A DNA stretch of 63,680 bases, filler included, from Reticulomyxa filosa (lineage: Eukaryota > Protista > Foraminifera), in NCBI GenBank assembly GCA_000512085.1. It is 22 parts of 22 records of this genome, joined end to end, with 100 filler letters (N's around TTAATTAATTAA, not from the genome) between each part and the next. Parts side by side here need not be neighbours in the genome. Positions count along the whole stretch, not along the records: positions 1 to 8,194 come from ASPP01000746.1; positions 8,295 to 16,298 come from ASPP01021883.1; 20 more parts are not named here. The stretch is one strand, 5' to 3'. Below the pieces are notes generated by a model. The model did not search any database. It was not told where the DNA came from and worked only from the letters and a program-made list of their open reading frames with translations. The translations under genes were made by a program, and so were the position numbers. This document shows, in pieces, positions 1 through 12,497 of the stretch; positions within the stretch are counted from its first letter, which is position 1; each line of letters starts with the position of its first letter.

Positions 1-909
1 TCGACATATTTGATGATGACACTAGATAACAACAACAAAAAAAACTCTACAAACAAACCTTTGAAAATTTTCTTTATAAAAAAAACTATCAATGATCTGA
101 AAAAGAATTATGATAATATATAATTGTTATCTTTAAATGATGGAGTATTTTGTTTGTTCTTTTCATTTTTATGTGTTTGCACAATAATAATGAAAATCAA
201 AATCAATCCAAATGTAACATTAACTCAACAAGCAGGAGGGATACATTTGTCTTCATTTTAATGATGTTAATTAAGCGAGATTGATATGAAGATTGTCAAT
301 CAAGAAACAGCATCAAATAAAAGTAATTATTTACACAACTGAGCATCTTTCATTCTCAAATAAATGTCATAAAATGATATTACACAAATAAAATTAGTTG
401 CACATATAATATTTTGAATTTTTGTTATTATGCATGAATATAAATAAAAATTGAAATTAAACATTTATATCTTCAAGAAATTTATCTTCTTTTAGTTTTC
501 TCTTTTAAGATTTTTGCTTAATATTCTCTTCAAACACATTTTCATACTTGACTCTATTCTTATTCTTATAATCTCCTTCATCATTTTCACTTCTCATTTT
601 TACTGTCAAATGTAGTCCAGTCCAAATTTTCATTTTTATCAATTTCGGATTTAAGTAGATTTGATACGAAGATAATTGTTTGTCTCAACAACTTTGGTCG
701 GCCATTGTGATTATATATGGCTCTTGCTTCTAATCTTTGCAATGAGCCACATTTCTATACTTAATATCTAATAATTCTTATTACTTTGCATTGGACACGT
801 ACTATCTACAACTAAGTTTAATTGCTTTGTGGTGTCAAAATAAAAGACTATTGGTTAGTAGGAACCAACAGTAAGAAAAGAGAAAATTTTTTACAGAAAA
901 GCAATAGCA

Positions 910-1736
910 ATGAGTCAATTGGATAATCCTCTCGATAGCCGTAGACGTCTAAACAAACTGATATCGCATTTGTTCCCTCGTCAAAGCGATATTTCCGTTA
1001 ATCCGACCAATTACGTCTCATTGTCACAAATGTTGAGCACTCTGCCAGAAACTTTTCTACTATCTCACCAAAAAACTGATAAATAAACAAAAATATATAC
1101 CTAAAGCGAAACTGAATGGAAAAGTCACATTGGCAAAGAGCTCTCTCCAAGTGCATGGATTCAATTGGACCAAGGGAAAATTGACCAATTTTCAAAGTTG
1201 AGAGAAATTGTACTGCATAGAACAGAATTTGGGAAGAACAAGGATAAAAAGAGAGGGGAAGGAGAGTTTAAAATTAATAAATTAAAAAAAACTTTTTATG
1301 TCCACTCTATTAAAAACTGAAAAAAAAAAGCTTGACAGGTGATCACAATTGGATACATAAATATGACGCGAAAGAACGTGGGAGCCCATTTGACGATACT
1401 GTTGCACATGGATTGCTGTCACTGTCGTTTACGCCGACAATGTTGTACGAAGTAATGATGAGTGATTTCCATGTATTGCCTTTGAAAAATATGAAGTCGA
1501 ATGTAAACTATGGATATGACAAAATTCGCTTTATTAGTCCGGTTTTAGCTAACAATAGCATTCGAGGGAAATTTCAAATCAAATCAGTTTCTAAGAATGA
1601 ACATCAAAATGCTGTTCGTGTTGTGTGGATTATTTCGATTGAAACCAAACACAGAGATACCAATCAGATTAAACAAGCTGTACTCGTCGAATATGTCACT
1701 TTATTTATTTATAACTCATTCAAGTCTTCCAAATAA
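910..1736 (+). CDS. MaoC/NodN-like hot-dog fold (R)-enoyl-CoA hydratase, 3 exons (introns ~1032-1106 and 1197-1330), N-terminal PTS2-like signal
   Basis: Spliced translation ...HIGKELSPSAWIQLDQGKIDQFSNLTGDHNWIH...VAHGLLSLS...NYGYDKIRFISPV matches the hydratase-2 motif (D-x-N/Q-W-I-H) and the NodN-type NYG.D++RF..PV motif. GT-AG introns restore the frame. Confidence 0.85.
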
Positions 1737-2113
1737 ATTCTTTTTTTTGCCTCCTCTTTGGAGACTTTTCTGATTTTAATTACTTAAAATTCTTTGATCT
1801 TTTATTGTGGTGCTATTTTTATATTATTTTGTTTTGAGTTCACTTTCGTTTGCTTTGAAGCTTTATTTTTTTCCACTTGCCTCTTCAAATTTCTATTATT
1901 CATATTCTCTTGCACTTGCACATTTTCAGACTTTTAAGACTGAGTCTATGCAATGTTTGTTTTTATTTTGCTTATTATTTATTTTTGATATTTATTCGAA
2001 ACTGAGCAATAAATTTTTATTGATTATTTTGTAATAGTTTTACTGGTTTTTGAACTTTTAAAACTTTGCAAACCGAGGAGAGGAAAGGGGACAACAAGAC
2101 ATTACATAATAAA

Positions 2114-2790
2114 ATGGACAAGCTCTATGAACTCCCTGCAGCAACAATCACCAGACTCATGAAAGAAGCAAATCCCAATGTGACCATTTCAAAAAAAGCA
2201 AAAGAAACCATTTCGAAAGCAGCAGGAATTTTTGCGCTGTACTTGGCATTCAAGTGCGCCAGAAAAAATATAACAATCTATCTCAGAGTTTTTGTCAATG
2301 TTTTTAAAAGAAATGTTGTTTCAAATAAAAAAATGACACAACAATCAACAACATTAAAAAGTGCGAATGAAACAGCCAGAGAACGCAAGCGACAAACTAT
2401 ACAAACAGAAGATGTTATAAACGCACTTCACGACTGTGATTTTGGGAACATGGTCCCCAATGTTGAAGCATTTCTAAATGGTTATGTTTTTGATCCGATT
2501 TCCATGTTATTTTAATTTTTTAAATAATTGATTCACCACGACGCAAATATCTTTTTGTTTTTTTTTATGGACCATAAAAAGACTACTCGAACCAGCAAAA
2601 GGACAAAAAACAAAAGAAGCAAAACACAAACAATGAAAAGAATGGAGACAATGAAAAAGATTTAGAAAAGGAAGAAGAAAAAGGAGAAGTTGAAGAGGCA
2701 GAAAAAGTAGAAGAAGAGGCTGAAGAAGAACAGAAGCAAGACGACAATGACAATGAATTAGCTACACAAGATAACAGCCAAACACTTTGA
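2114..2790 (+). CDS. H2B-like histone-fold protein, CBF/NF-YB family (DNA polymerase epsilon subunit 3 / CHRAC17 / Dpb4-like), 3 exons, acidic tail
   Basis: ELPAATITRLMKEANPNVTISKKAKETISKAAGIFALYL..ANETARERKRQTIQTEDVINAL. Introns 2254-2361 and 2481-2581; Glu-rich C-terminus ends at TGA 2788-2790. Confidence 0.85.
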
Positions 2791-3502
2791 TGTTTTTCAA
2801 TTTTTTTTAAATTTATTTAATTGAGTGAAAAAGGGTACATTACTCCTCACCCTCGCATATTCTTGCAAAGAGTCCATAGCACCTTTGTTATGATTGTATT
2901 GGTCCGGGTATTGTTAGTGAAATCAACGATGTAATTGACAAATGCACACAGAGAATCGATGTTTCTCTTAATGTTAATATAGTCTTGAATTCTCAGTAAT
3001 CTCATTTTACTTATGTCTTGCGTGCGTATTTACCCAGATCCACGCTCTTTTCTAAGCGTCTCTCATCACTATCTTGAAATTGCTTTAATAATCCACATCT
3101 ATATTAAATCCATATTTTCCGTTGTTAGACCCAAGCTTCAAATTTAAGACTTACAAAAACATTTAATTAGATTACTTTTCGGGTAGTGCACTTTTCATGA
3201 AAACGACAGCACAAATCCTGCCGGCACTTCAACCGACATGGCCATGCTTTTGTACTCCAGATTGGAGCGTTTTCTTAGAATTATCCAAAAATAGTGGACG
3301 GAGTGGTTAGGAAGTGTTCTCGTACTAATATTCAACAAGATAGAGTGAATTTTGCAACAACGAAAATTGGCTAAATATCCATTTGAGACGTAAGGTTTGA
3401 TAGATATAGAATGTTGACCGTTTTAAAAAAAAAAACACCACAAAAGAAGAAAAAAGAGCCGTTGTTTGGCTTAATCAAAGTCTCCACAAATAAAATAATT
3501 TT

Positions 3503-6109
3503 TTACTCAGATAATCCCAAGATGGCAGTAGGAATAACAGTACTGAAAAGTTTGTGTCGAAGACCTAGACTGTCTTCTGCCCACAAGTCTATCCGATCAC
3601 CTTTTTTAATTTTGATACCTTTCCATACTAAATCTAAAGCGTCTTTTTTCTTGTCTGTCAAGCACACGCGAAAGATTTCTCCTATTTCCCCGAGTTCCAT
3701 CATAGGACATGTATAGCAAAACACAATTGGATGTTATATGCTCGCAATTTAATAGCCTTCAAAAAAAAAGTCAACCTGAAGTTAATAATTTTTCTGGCAA
3801 AGGCAGTTTTGGTAAATGATCATTGATGAAGAAAGACCACCCTTTTAAGATAATCGAGTCATTCCATTGATTTTGTAGCTCAAATCCGACCCAATCCCCT
3901 TCAAATTGTTGAGTTACACATTCCAACGGAAACACCGTGCGGGAGGTGATTATTGGTCCTTGTACTGACTTGAGTATCTTTGATTCCTACTCAAACCAAA
4001 TCAAAATTTCCATTTGCAACGAGTAAAACTTAAAAAAATGTAGACATGCGCGTATTTCGGGATAGGACCCACTTTTTACTTCGCTAGAACAAGGAAGAGA
4101 AAGGAAAAGAACAAACCAATAAAGTTGAATCTGTTCGACGACGTTTCGATGGACGAACTGGACTTTTGATTTTGTGTTGTTCTTCAAACGTGTCCAATTT
4201 TTGTTTCAGCGACTTTGTGACAGTTATTATTGTAATATACATAAATCGTAGTTAACATGCCGAAGATTACAATGCGTGTACACAAAAGAGCATAAAAATG
4301 GTATTAGCATTTTTTTGTTTTTTAAAGCAAACCTCAATTTCAGCACGCAAATCTAAATTGGTTTTTTGCAAAGTGAAATGATCGTCGCGCAGTTGTCGAT
4401 AATTTTTTTGTGCATCGTCAGCACTATCTTTCACGCGTTTGATCTCCTCTTTTGCTTGTTCTTTTTGTTTTTTCAGTTCATTTTCCAGTGCTTCGCGTAA
4501 AGGTATCTATTCAATGATTATCCGATTGATTGTTGATTATATGCAATTGCGATATGTTAATATATACATATATGTATATATACATCAAGTATATTGAATG
4601 TTTCCTCGACAAAACTTGATAGTCCAATTCCTTTTTAATTCTGTCTCTGTCTTGTGAAGTCTTCAACAAATCTCCTTGTAGTTCAGCTAACTCTTTCTTT
4701 TGTGCCTCTACTGTGCTATTCAAATCTTCCAATTGTTTTTCATAGCTGTTTTGAATATCTTTCATTTGCTGGCGAAACACTTCGTCCGTTTCATTTTTCA
4801 ATTTATTGTACTGGTCATCTCTTTCTTGCAATTTCTTATTTTTTTTTTTTTTTTTTTCCAAAAAAAGAAATGCATTGAACAAAGCGGTAAAACAAGACAA
4901 GCAAAACAATACCTCCGCAAGCTTTGCAGCCAATTCTTGTTCTTTTTTGGTATTGACTTCGTTCGTGTTTGATTGAAGATGTTTGTTTTCATCGGTCAAT
5001 TTTTGGTTTTGCCCCTCCAGTGCTTTAAGTTGCAATTCATAGGCATCTTTAATATTTTGGTTATCTGCCAACGCCTTTTCATTTGATTATTTGTATTGTT
5101 TATTTTCAAAATAATTAATGTAATGGTGTTTTTTTGTTTGTATGAAAAAAACTTTGTCTTTTTCTCGCAAGGCTTGTTCCCTTTCATTTCTCAATTTGGA
5201 ATTGTCTTTTTTTAAATTGTCATTTTTGGCCTGCAATTCTTTCGTTTCTGTGTCCAGTTCTGCCGCTTTGCTAGTATCCAATAAAAAATTTTTCAAACCA
5301 ATTTCAAATTTTTTTTCAACAAAAAAAAAAACAAAACAAAAAAAACAAACTCTTGCAAAAGGCGAATATCCGCTTTCGCATTGGCCAATTCTTGATTTTT
5401 TATCTCTTCTTTGGCCAAAAATGTTTGGGCCAACTCTTTGAGCGCCTTATTTCCTTGTTCACGTAAATCATTGGTGACGTCGGGTTTCACATGTTCCCCC
5501 TTGTCTCCTGTGTGATTCAACTTCGAACCAAACACCGAAAAGATATTTTCCACACGTAAGTTGATCTCATGCAATTGTTCCTTTTCCCATAATAAGTCTT
5601 CCATCCCCTCAATTCGTTTTACATCTTCTGTTACTCCTTGTTCTTGCTCTTCACGTATTGGTGTTCGCTCTTGAGGTAACAAAGGAGCCCGTCCTTCATT
5701 TTCTGTTCTTTTTTCTGTTTGTTCCGTTGCTATCAATTTTTTCCCCCCCCCCCCCTTCCTATTTATTTGTTTTTGCAACCCCTTTTTTTTCTCTCTCACA
5801 TACACTCGGACTTTACTTTGGCTTAGTAAGCATTTTGTGTTGCTATCTAAACTTTTGGCGGGAGAAATGACATTAGGGTCGGGCAGGCTCTCGACGGGTT
5901 TATTTTCCACAGGAGTGCTTGCTTTTTGATGCTTAATTCTTTTGGTTGAGTGGCCTCGGCGCCTATCAAATTCACACGCATCAAAATAAAAAAGTTCCGA
6001 TTTTTTTTTTTGCATCGCATTTATTTTTTTTTTTACCAAGAATAATATATAATAAACAAAATTTTCAATTTAGAAAGAAAAATAAAAAAAGAAACTGTTA
6101 CATTTGCAT
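3503..6109 (-). CDS. Lamin-like intermediate filament protein (head, coiled-coil rod, NLS, lamin tail domain), about 10 exons
   Basis: Coil-1A motif EKEQLHEINLR (~5554-5586); coil-2 segment KLAEKLQERDDQY; rod end LDLRAEIESLKQKLDTFEE; NLS PSKRRRTD; LTD-like FELQNQWNDSIILKGW...LLTSGEIFRV...DLVWK. The start ATG at 6109 is inferred through a short first exon. Confidence 0.75.
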
Positions 6110-7855
6110 GATTTTTGTTTTTGTTTGTTTTGTTTTTTGGGAGTGTTTCTTTTCACAACTTGCAAAGAATTACAATATTTAATTATTTATTTACTTTGCC
6201 TTCTTTTACAAACACTCTAGAGTTCAGTAATAACACATAGAAAATTGACTATCTAAACTCCAATTTCCCAGACAGGAGAAAAAGCTCTTTCTGTGTTGTC
6301 CCCCAAGTACCTAAGGCAAATTAAGATAAAAATGACAAAGGGTTTTGATATTTCTTTTTTGTCAAGTAAAAATAAAATTTTTAAGTGTTAGTAGAGATAT
6401 TTTAATTTTAAATTTATGCTGGTAGTGTAGTATAAATCATCAGTAGAATCATAATTGACTCTGAAGTTGCATCAACTTTTTTTGGTAACATTGCGATTAT
6501 TTTCTATTTTAGCTTTTTGGTTTTCCTAGAATAGAGTACTTTCTGCAGTAGAGAGGCCGACGATGCAAAATTGCAAGTGGCTCTATGTAATTACTATCAA
6601 TCACATATATAAGCTTCTAAGCAAAACGTTGCAAATTACATCAGAGGTTTTGAGAAACAGCAACACAACAGGACAACCAAGTGGTGTAATAAATCTGCTG
6701 ATACTTTGACAAAAAAAGAATTAACAGTTTTTCCACAGTAATATGTATCAATATAATACGAACAATATTCCTTTTTTTAAATTAAAAAATAAATATTTTA
6801 ATTCTGCAAGACATACCATGACAATATTTTTGATAAAAAAAGAAAAGCTGTTGTGTGGGCGCAGACAGTTGTAATTTCTTTGGCTTTGTGGTACTGTGTG
6901 CTGTTAGTTTTGTGCCAATTTTGTTAGTCATGTCAACTCGGTCGTGGCAATGTATGTGACGGAATTAGGAGCTTATCTGCAGGAGCAAGTGAGCCTGGAA
7001 CATCTAGCAATAAACCTGAAACCAACTTTCCATTAAATCGCATTACCACATTGGCCGGAGTTGTTGCAGACGAGAAAGTTAAGTCGTTCAGTGTTTTATT
7101 AAGAATCATTTTTCACATTTTTTTGGTTGCGGCAATATTCATTATTATTAATTTTTTAATAACTTTATTACCACATCTGCCTCACTCAAATTGCTTTTCT
7201 TGACAGTATTATAATCTAAAAATTGGTTCAGTTTTTGAAAAACTATCCTCTTGTGTCAGTTCGTCGAGCAACAATAAACCACTCAAGATACTCATTGCAA
7301 ATAAAAAGAAATCATATATTGAAGAATAAAATGAGGAGTCACTCATAAAAAAGACATTGAGATGTTTTTGCGCACATTAAAAAAAAAGAAAAAGCAGAAA
7401 TAAATTGTTATGATTTGCTTTCCACATTCAATCAGAGCATAATATGAAATATTACAAATATTAATATCTAATAAAAAATCAAATGCTTGTAATTCTATTT
7501 CATGGGAGATAAATATCTTTGTTTATTTGAAAAACAAAAAAACGCAGAGACAATCAGATAACAAATAAAAAAAGCGATGTATTTCTCAGGACGCAAGACA
7601 CAACCCCATAGTCATTGAAATAGCTATTGAGACCAAACCTCAACTCATACAATAGAGTACGTCACAAAACTGAACGCAAATAATTTGAATGAGATTAGAG
7701 ATGCAGTTTTCTTGGCTGTGTTTCTTTTGACCACGTTTTTGTTTTTTTAAAAAAATTTTGTGATTCCCCAATCTTTTTTTTGTAACTTTTGGAGATAAAA
7801 CTTGAGGTAATTTTGAATCTCTCCCAATCTCATTTTCTTGGGATCATATTGAGAG

Positions 7856-8194
7856 ATGTCAGGTTCAGATATTGTAGTTCAATCGGCCTCGATACCAAAG
7901 GAGACCAGTCCACAACCTCAAGCAGAATTGCAAATTCAGAACAACAAGGCAACAAGTGAGATTGAAATGAAAGAAAATCCCTCGAACACAAACCAAGAGA
8001 AGCCAAAAAAGACTATAGCGGACACACAAATGGTGTCAGTCCGCGCTGTTCCAGTGACAGCCTCGAAAGACAAACAAATCAAAACAAAAACAAACATAAA
8101 GCCTCCTGATCACCTTCAGTTTTGTCCAAAGACTTGGTACATTAAAGAGACGAGCGTATCCAAGAAAAAAAAAAACTGGAGAGAAATTTGATGT
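7856..8194 (+). CDS. Hypothetical protein, 5' part (truncated at contig end)
   Basis: ATG-initiated 111-aa ORF with coding-like composition running to the contig end. Confidence 0.45.
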
Positions 8195-8294
8195 NNNNNN
8201 NNNNNNNNNNNNNNNNNNNNNNNNNNNNNNNNNNNNNNTTAATTAATTAANNNNNNNNNNNNNNNNNNNNNNNNNNNNNNNNNNNNNNNNNNNN
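8195..8294. other. Artificial contig-joining spacer N44-TTAATTAATTAA-N44 (first of 21)
   Basis: Identical 100-nt spacers start at 8195, 16299, 18367, 20288, 21388, 23122, 26830, 29790, 32616, 34225, 36072, 37721, 40720, 44897, 47173, 49969, 53798, 55159, 59778, 60878 and 62244. Confidence 0.99.
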
Positions 8295-10797
8295 CCCCTC
8301 TTCCTTAGTTTAAAAAAAAAAAAACAAACCAAAGGAGCAAAATCGGTAAACTCTCTTTCTGCTTGTGCTTCTTTTTCTTCTTGATTGGATGCCAATCCGT
8401 CACCATGCGTGGTGGACGCGAATGCAAAATTACCTTGCTCTCGGCTTCGTGATTGCACCGAGCCGGTTATTTTGACAGGTTTGGCCACCGTGTTAAATAG
8501 TAGCTCTTGGTTATACCGTATTCGCAACCCGAATCTTTGAAGTAAACAAATGAAAAGATTTGACTTCATTTACTATCTCTCACACACACACACACACGTA
8601 CATATATGTGTATATGTTACATAAAAGATTACCGAGAAATGGTCAAATCCGAAACATCGTAAATATTTTCGGGATACACGATTTTGCTGGGAACTGTTTT
8701 CGGAGAAATGCCTGTTTTATGTGCCAATATTTTGGCTCGTTCGATCGATTGTGCAATTCCGTCAGTCGTAAACGCCAGCACTTCGCGTCTCAGTGCTTTG
8801 TTAATGGTATGTGCATCGTCTTGCACTTGGCGCAAAGACACTCTTTTCAATTTTTTTTTTATTATTAAGTTTGTATACATAATACACATAAAATGCTACT
8901 TCTTTTCTATATCTCTCTCTCTCTCTCTCTCTTTCTTCTTTTCGTTCTTTCCTCACCAATGTTTGTAACTGCTGCTCTGATTTTTTTCCTGAGTGAGTAG
9001 AATGCAATTGTCCCGGCTTGGGTGGGTGCCTTGTTAAAGCCTTGTCGTCCAAATTCAACCTCCCTTTTGTCTTTTTCCCACTCATTATGTCCACTGTCTC
9101 ACTGCTGTCTGGTACTGGACTAGGACTCTTGCGCATGGCTCTTATTTCAGAGCCCTATATATATATATGTCCCATCATTGTCACATACATATATATGCAC
9201 ACATTCCCTCCTTCTCCTCTCTCTCTCTCTCTCTCTAAAAAAAAAAAAAAAAGGGGTGCCATTACACCCGTTGTGACAATAATGTGTTGAGTCCATGGGA
9301 AACACGACCCTCTCTCTCTCTCTGCTCTTTGATAAAGCAAAAAGGTATGTATGTATGATCCTCTTCCTCCTTCTCCTTCTAACATCGAGGGCTTCCATCT
9401 CCCCATCCTCATCGTCTCCTTGACGACCATAAGCACAAGCAAACAGAATGGAGCATTTGTGTTCCGTAGGCAAGTCGTTGTACCACTTCCGTAAAAACCA
9501 CAACAAGAAGTCGACGACCCCCAAACCGCCGAGAGTCACTGCAAAAAACACCAAGAAATTATACACGCGTTTCGGTGGGATTTGTCTCTCTTCAAAGGTG
9601 TCCCCATTGGGCCGAGTGCCTTCCGCAAGCCAAACCAAGAAATACCAAAGCCAAAGTACCACAAAATATGCCGTAAAGCTGGCAGTGTAAAACAATCCAT
9701 CGGTTAAAGCTTTCCTATATTTACAAAAAATTTATAATATACACATCGCACATCATATAATATTACATTATTATTTTTTTTTTTATAAAAAAAAAAAAGG
9801 GGGTAAGGGCTTATACAGTTATTGCTAAACATTCGAACAGCAAATGTGTCAGGCAGTCCTTTTCGCAATCTTGTTCGAGCGGAAATGGACACATAAACGG
9901 CGCACAAGGAAACCAGTGCAATAGGCATGTAACCAAACACGATAGCGACCCAGTTATAGCCGTGTTCGTTCTCTTGTTTAATCCAACAAATTTGCAAGTC
10001 GTCCCGCCAGCCCAGTTTATTCGACGATGCCAATATGGTGGTGGTCACCAATGCATACGACAACACAATGCGATGATACATTACAATGCTCGACGCCGGT
10101 CTCGTAAATGGATTATTCATCGATGTATATAAATCAAACACACTACACCCAAAATAACCCAATGATGCCGATAGCGCAAACATTAACCAAAACGCCATTG
10201 CTTCACATTTTTGCGTTTCACACTTTTTACTTGTATTTGATTTTTTTTTTTTTGAGAGGCTACACAATCGTAACTGCCAGGAGTGTTGGGTGTTGATTCT
10301 CCACGAAATACAGCACAAAAAAAATTAATGCAAACAAGAAATCACAAACAGATCGCGAAAAAATCAACACTGACGGATGTCTGCGCAAAAGCTTTTGTTT
10401 AAGTATTACATTTTTTTTATTTGTTTATTTGTTTTGTGTTCAAATCTTTTTGCGCGATTCAAAAGAGCGGTACATCAATAACAACCTCTTTCCTCTCTCC
10501 CTCTTGCGCTCTGCCTTGTCACAAAAACCACAAATTCTACTACAGCACAAAACTGGATTCCTCAGATATGTTATCATCACAAACAAAGATCCTGCAATGG
10601 ACACCACGGATCCTGCCATGTAATATGGATGAAGCTCTACATATTTATTTCGTGTTGTTGTTCTGTAGCATTGTAACGACTAACTTCGAGAAATTCAACA
10701 GATATGTGAAATCAACATAAAAAAGCATCAAACTTGTGCAGTCATTTGGTGCTTTGGAGCAGTATTCACAAGAATTAGTGGGGATATCTCCAGTCAT
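8295..10797 (-). CDS. GPCR-PIPK: 7TM receptor fused to a phosphatidylinositol phosphate kinase (kinase domain truncated at contig end)
   Basis: Hydrophobic helices with cAMP-receptor/secretin-like motifs (HPSVLIFSRSVCD, QICWIK, RLRKGLPDTF). Linker LRREVLAFTTDGI fits LR(x)9GI (8755-8793), followed by the PIPK-domain start REFTDFAPLV. Confidence 0.8.
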
Positions 10798-11192
10798 GGT
10801 GAAAGAGGAACAATGATGGATTCAACAAGTTTGAAGAAACACACTTTTTCAACTATCCCCTCAGTTATTTTCTATAACTGTGGTTATTGAAATAAAATGG
10901 TTGTGTTTAAATTTTCCGTTTCTCAATAAAAACTCTTCGAAATGAATTCTTGTCCAAGGTGTGTACTTTTTTTAGCGAAGGATAGATTTGTTTAAAGCAC
11001 ATCATTTAAATGGACCCGAATTAAATTCACAAATTTGATTGCAAAAGCCAGTGAACAAACAACACCAAAAGATTTGGAAATTGAAGCGCTTTTCTCCGAT
11101 TTTTTTCTCTCCTTCCTTACGCCGTCATGATAACTCAAGTATGAAAATTTTTCAACAAATGGTTTAAAAGAGAAAAAGGATATCTCAGTAAC

Positions 11193-12462
11193 TTAGTTCT
11201 CTTTCCACAAATCCAAGAATTCTTGCCAAGACTTTGGTTTCTATAAGTGAATAAAGTAGCAAACGAAAAAGATGGTAATATTGTATTGGCAAACAATTAA
11301 AAGCACTATAACTTTGATCCATAAGAAAAGGATAAAGCAATACGTCAATGTGCAAACCATGAAAATCAGATCAAAGGCAAACGGTTTGACCAATTGGACA
11401 GCCATCGTGACAGATCCAGTTTGGTAAAACTTTTCAAAAGCGTTATCTGGTCGATATTTCATAAACTTGACTTCACCTGAAAACCTTGCCATATCCTATG
11501 TGACCACACATAGTTAATCAAAAAGCAAACAAACAAACAAGAACAAAAAAGCACACAAAGAAAAAAAAAAAAAAGGCAAAACACAAAACAAAACAAAAAA
11601 CAAAAACAAAACAACGCACAAGTGTTATCTAATCATTCAATGAATAAATGGATTGTTTTATGGACAAAATGACAATTTAAGTAACCTCATGCAATTTTCG
11701 AAGATAAGGTGAGCGGAAGTGATACGGACTAAATCTCGGGATATGGCCCAAGAAATTGATATAATTGTTCATGTAGGTTTTGTCGATCGGATAAACCGGT
11801 TCGTTGCTAAGCAATTGGAGCTTGCGAGCACCATTTTCATCTGCCGGCAAGTCATAAATCATCATTACCAACACATCACGTAAAAACTCTATATTGCGTG
11901 CCAGTGTGCCAGGAGATAATCGATCACTTTGTTGTCAGCACCAAACATCAACATCATCAAACACATCGATTCGAAATGAATAAATAATAAGCACAAAAGG
12001 ACACAAACGAACAAGTGACACATGCACACATGCACACATGCACACACACGCACATGTACAAGACATTTTTTTTTTTTTTCTTTTTGTGTACAATGTTACA
12101 ATCAACAAAATAATAAAAGAACAAACCCACACATACGCTCGATCTAAAATGCTGGAACCTTTGAATAAAGGGGTCTCTTCCAACTTTGCGGACAATGTCA
12201 TTGCGACTGGACAAATTGAACAAACAACATCAACAAAATATAAACACAAGCGTATATGACAGTACGTTCGTCAAGCAAGCAAAGAAAAACAAATTGTAAC
12301 CTAATCCACTTTTGACAAAGGCCTGATGATGCCAGACGTTGATTTTAGAATCACGAGGAAGAGGCTTCGCCACGTTTTTGTATCGAACGCCCATGCGATT
12401 GGCGACAAACTCCATTGTTTTAAACAATCGTGGATCTCTTGTTTAATTTGGGGAGTGTGTGA

Positions 12463-12497
<35 letters not shown>

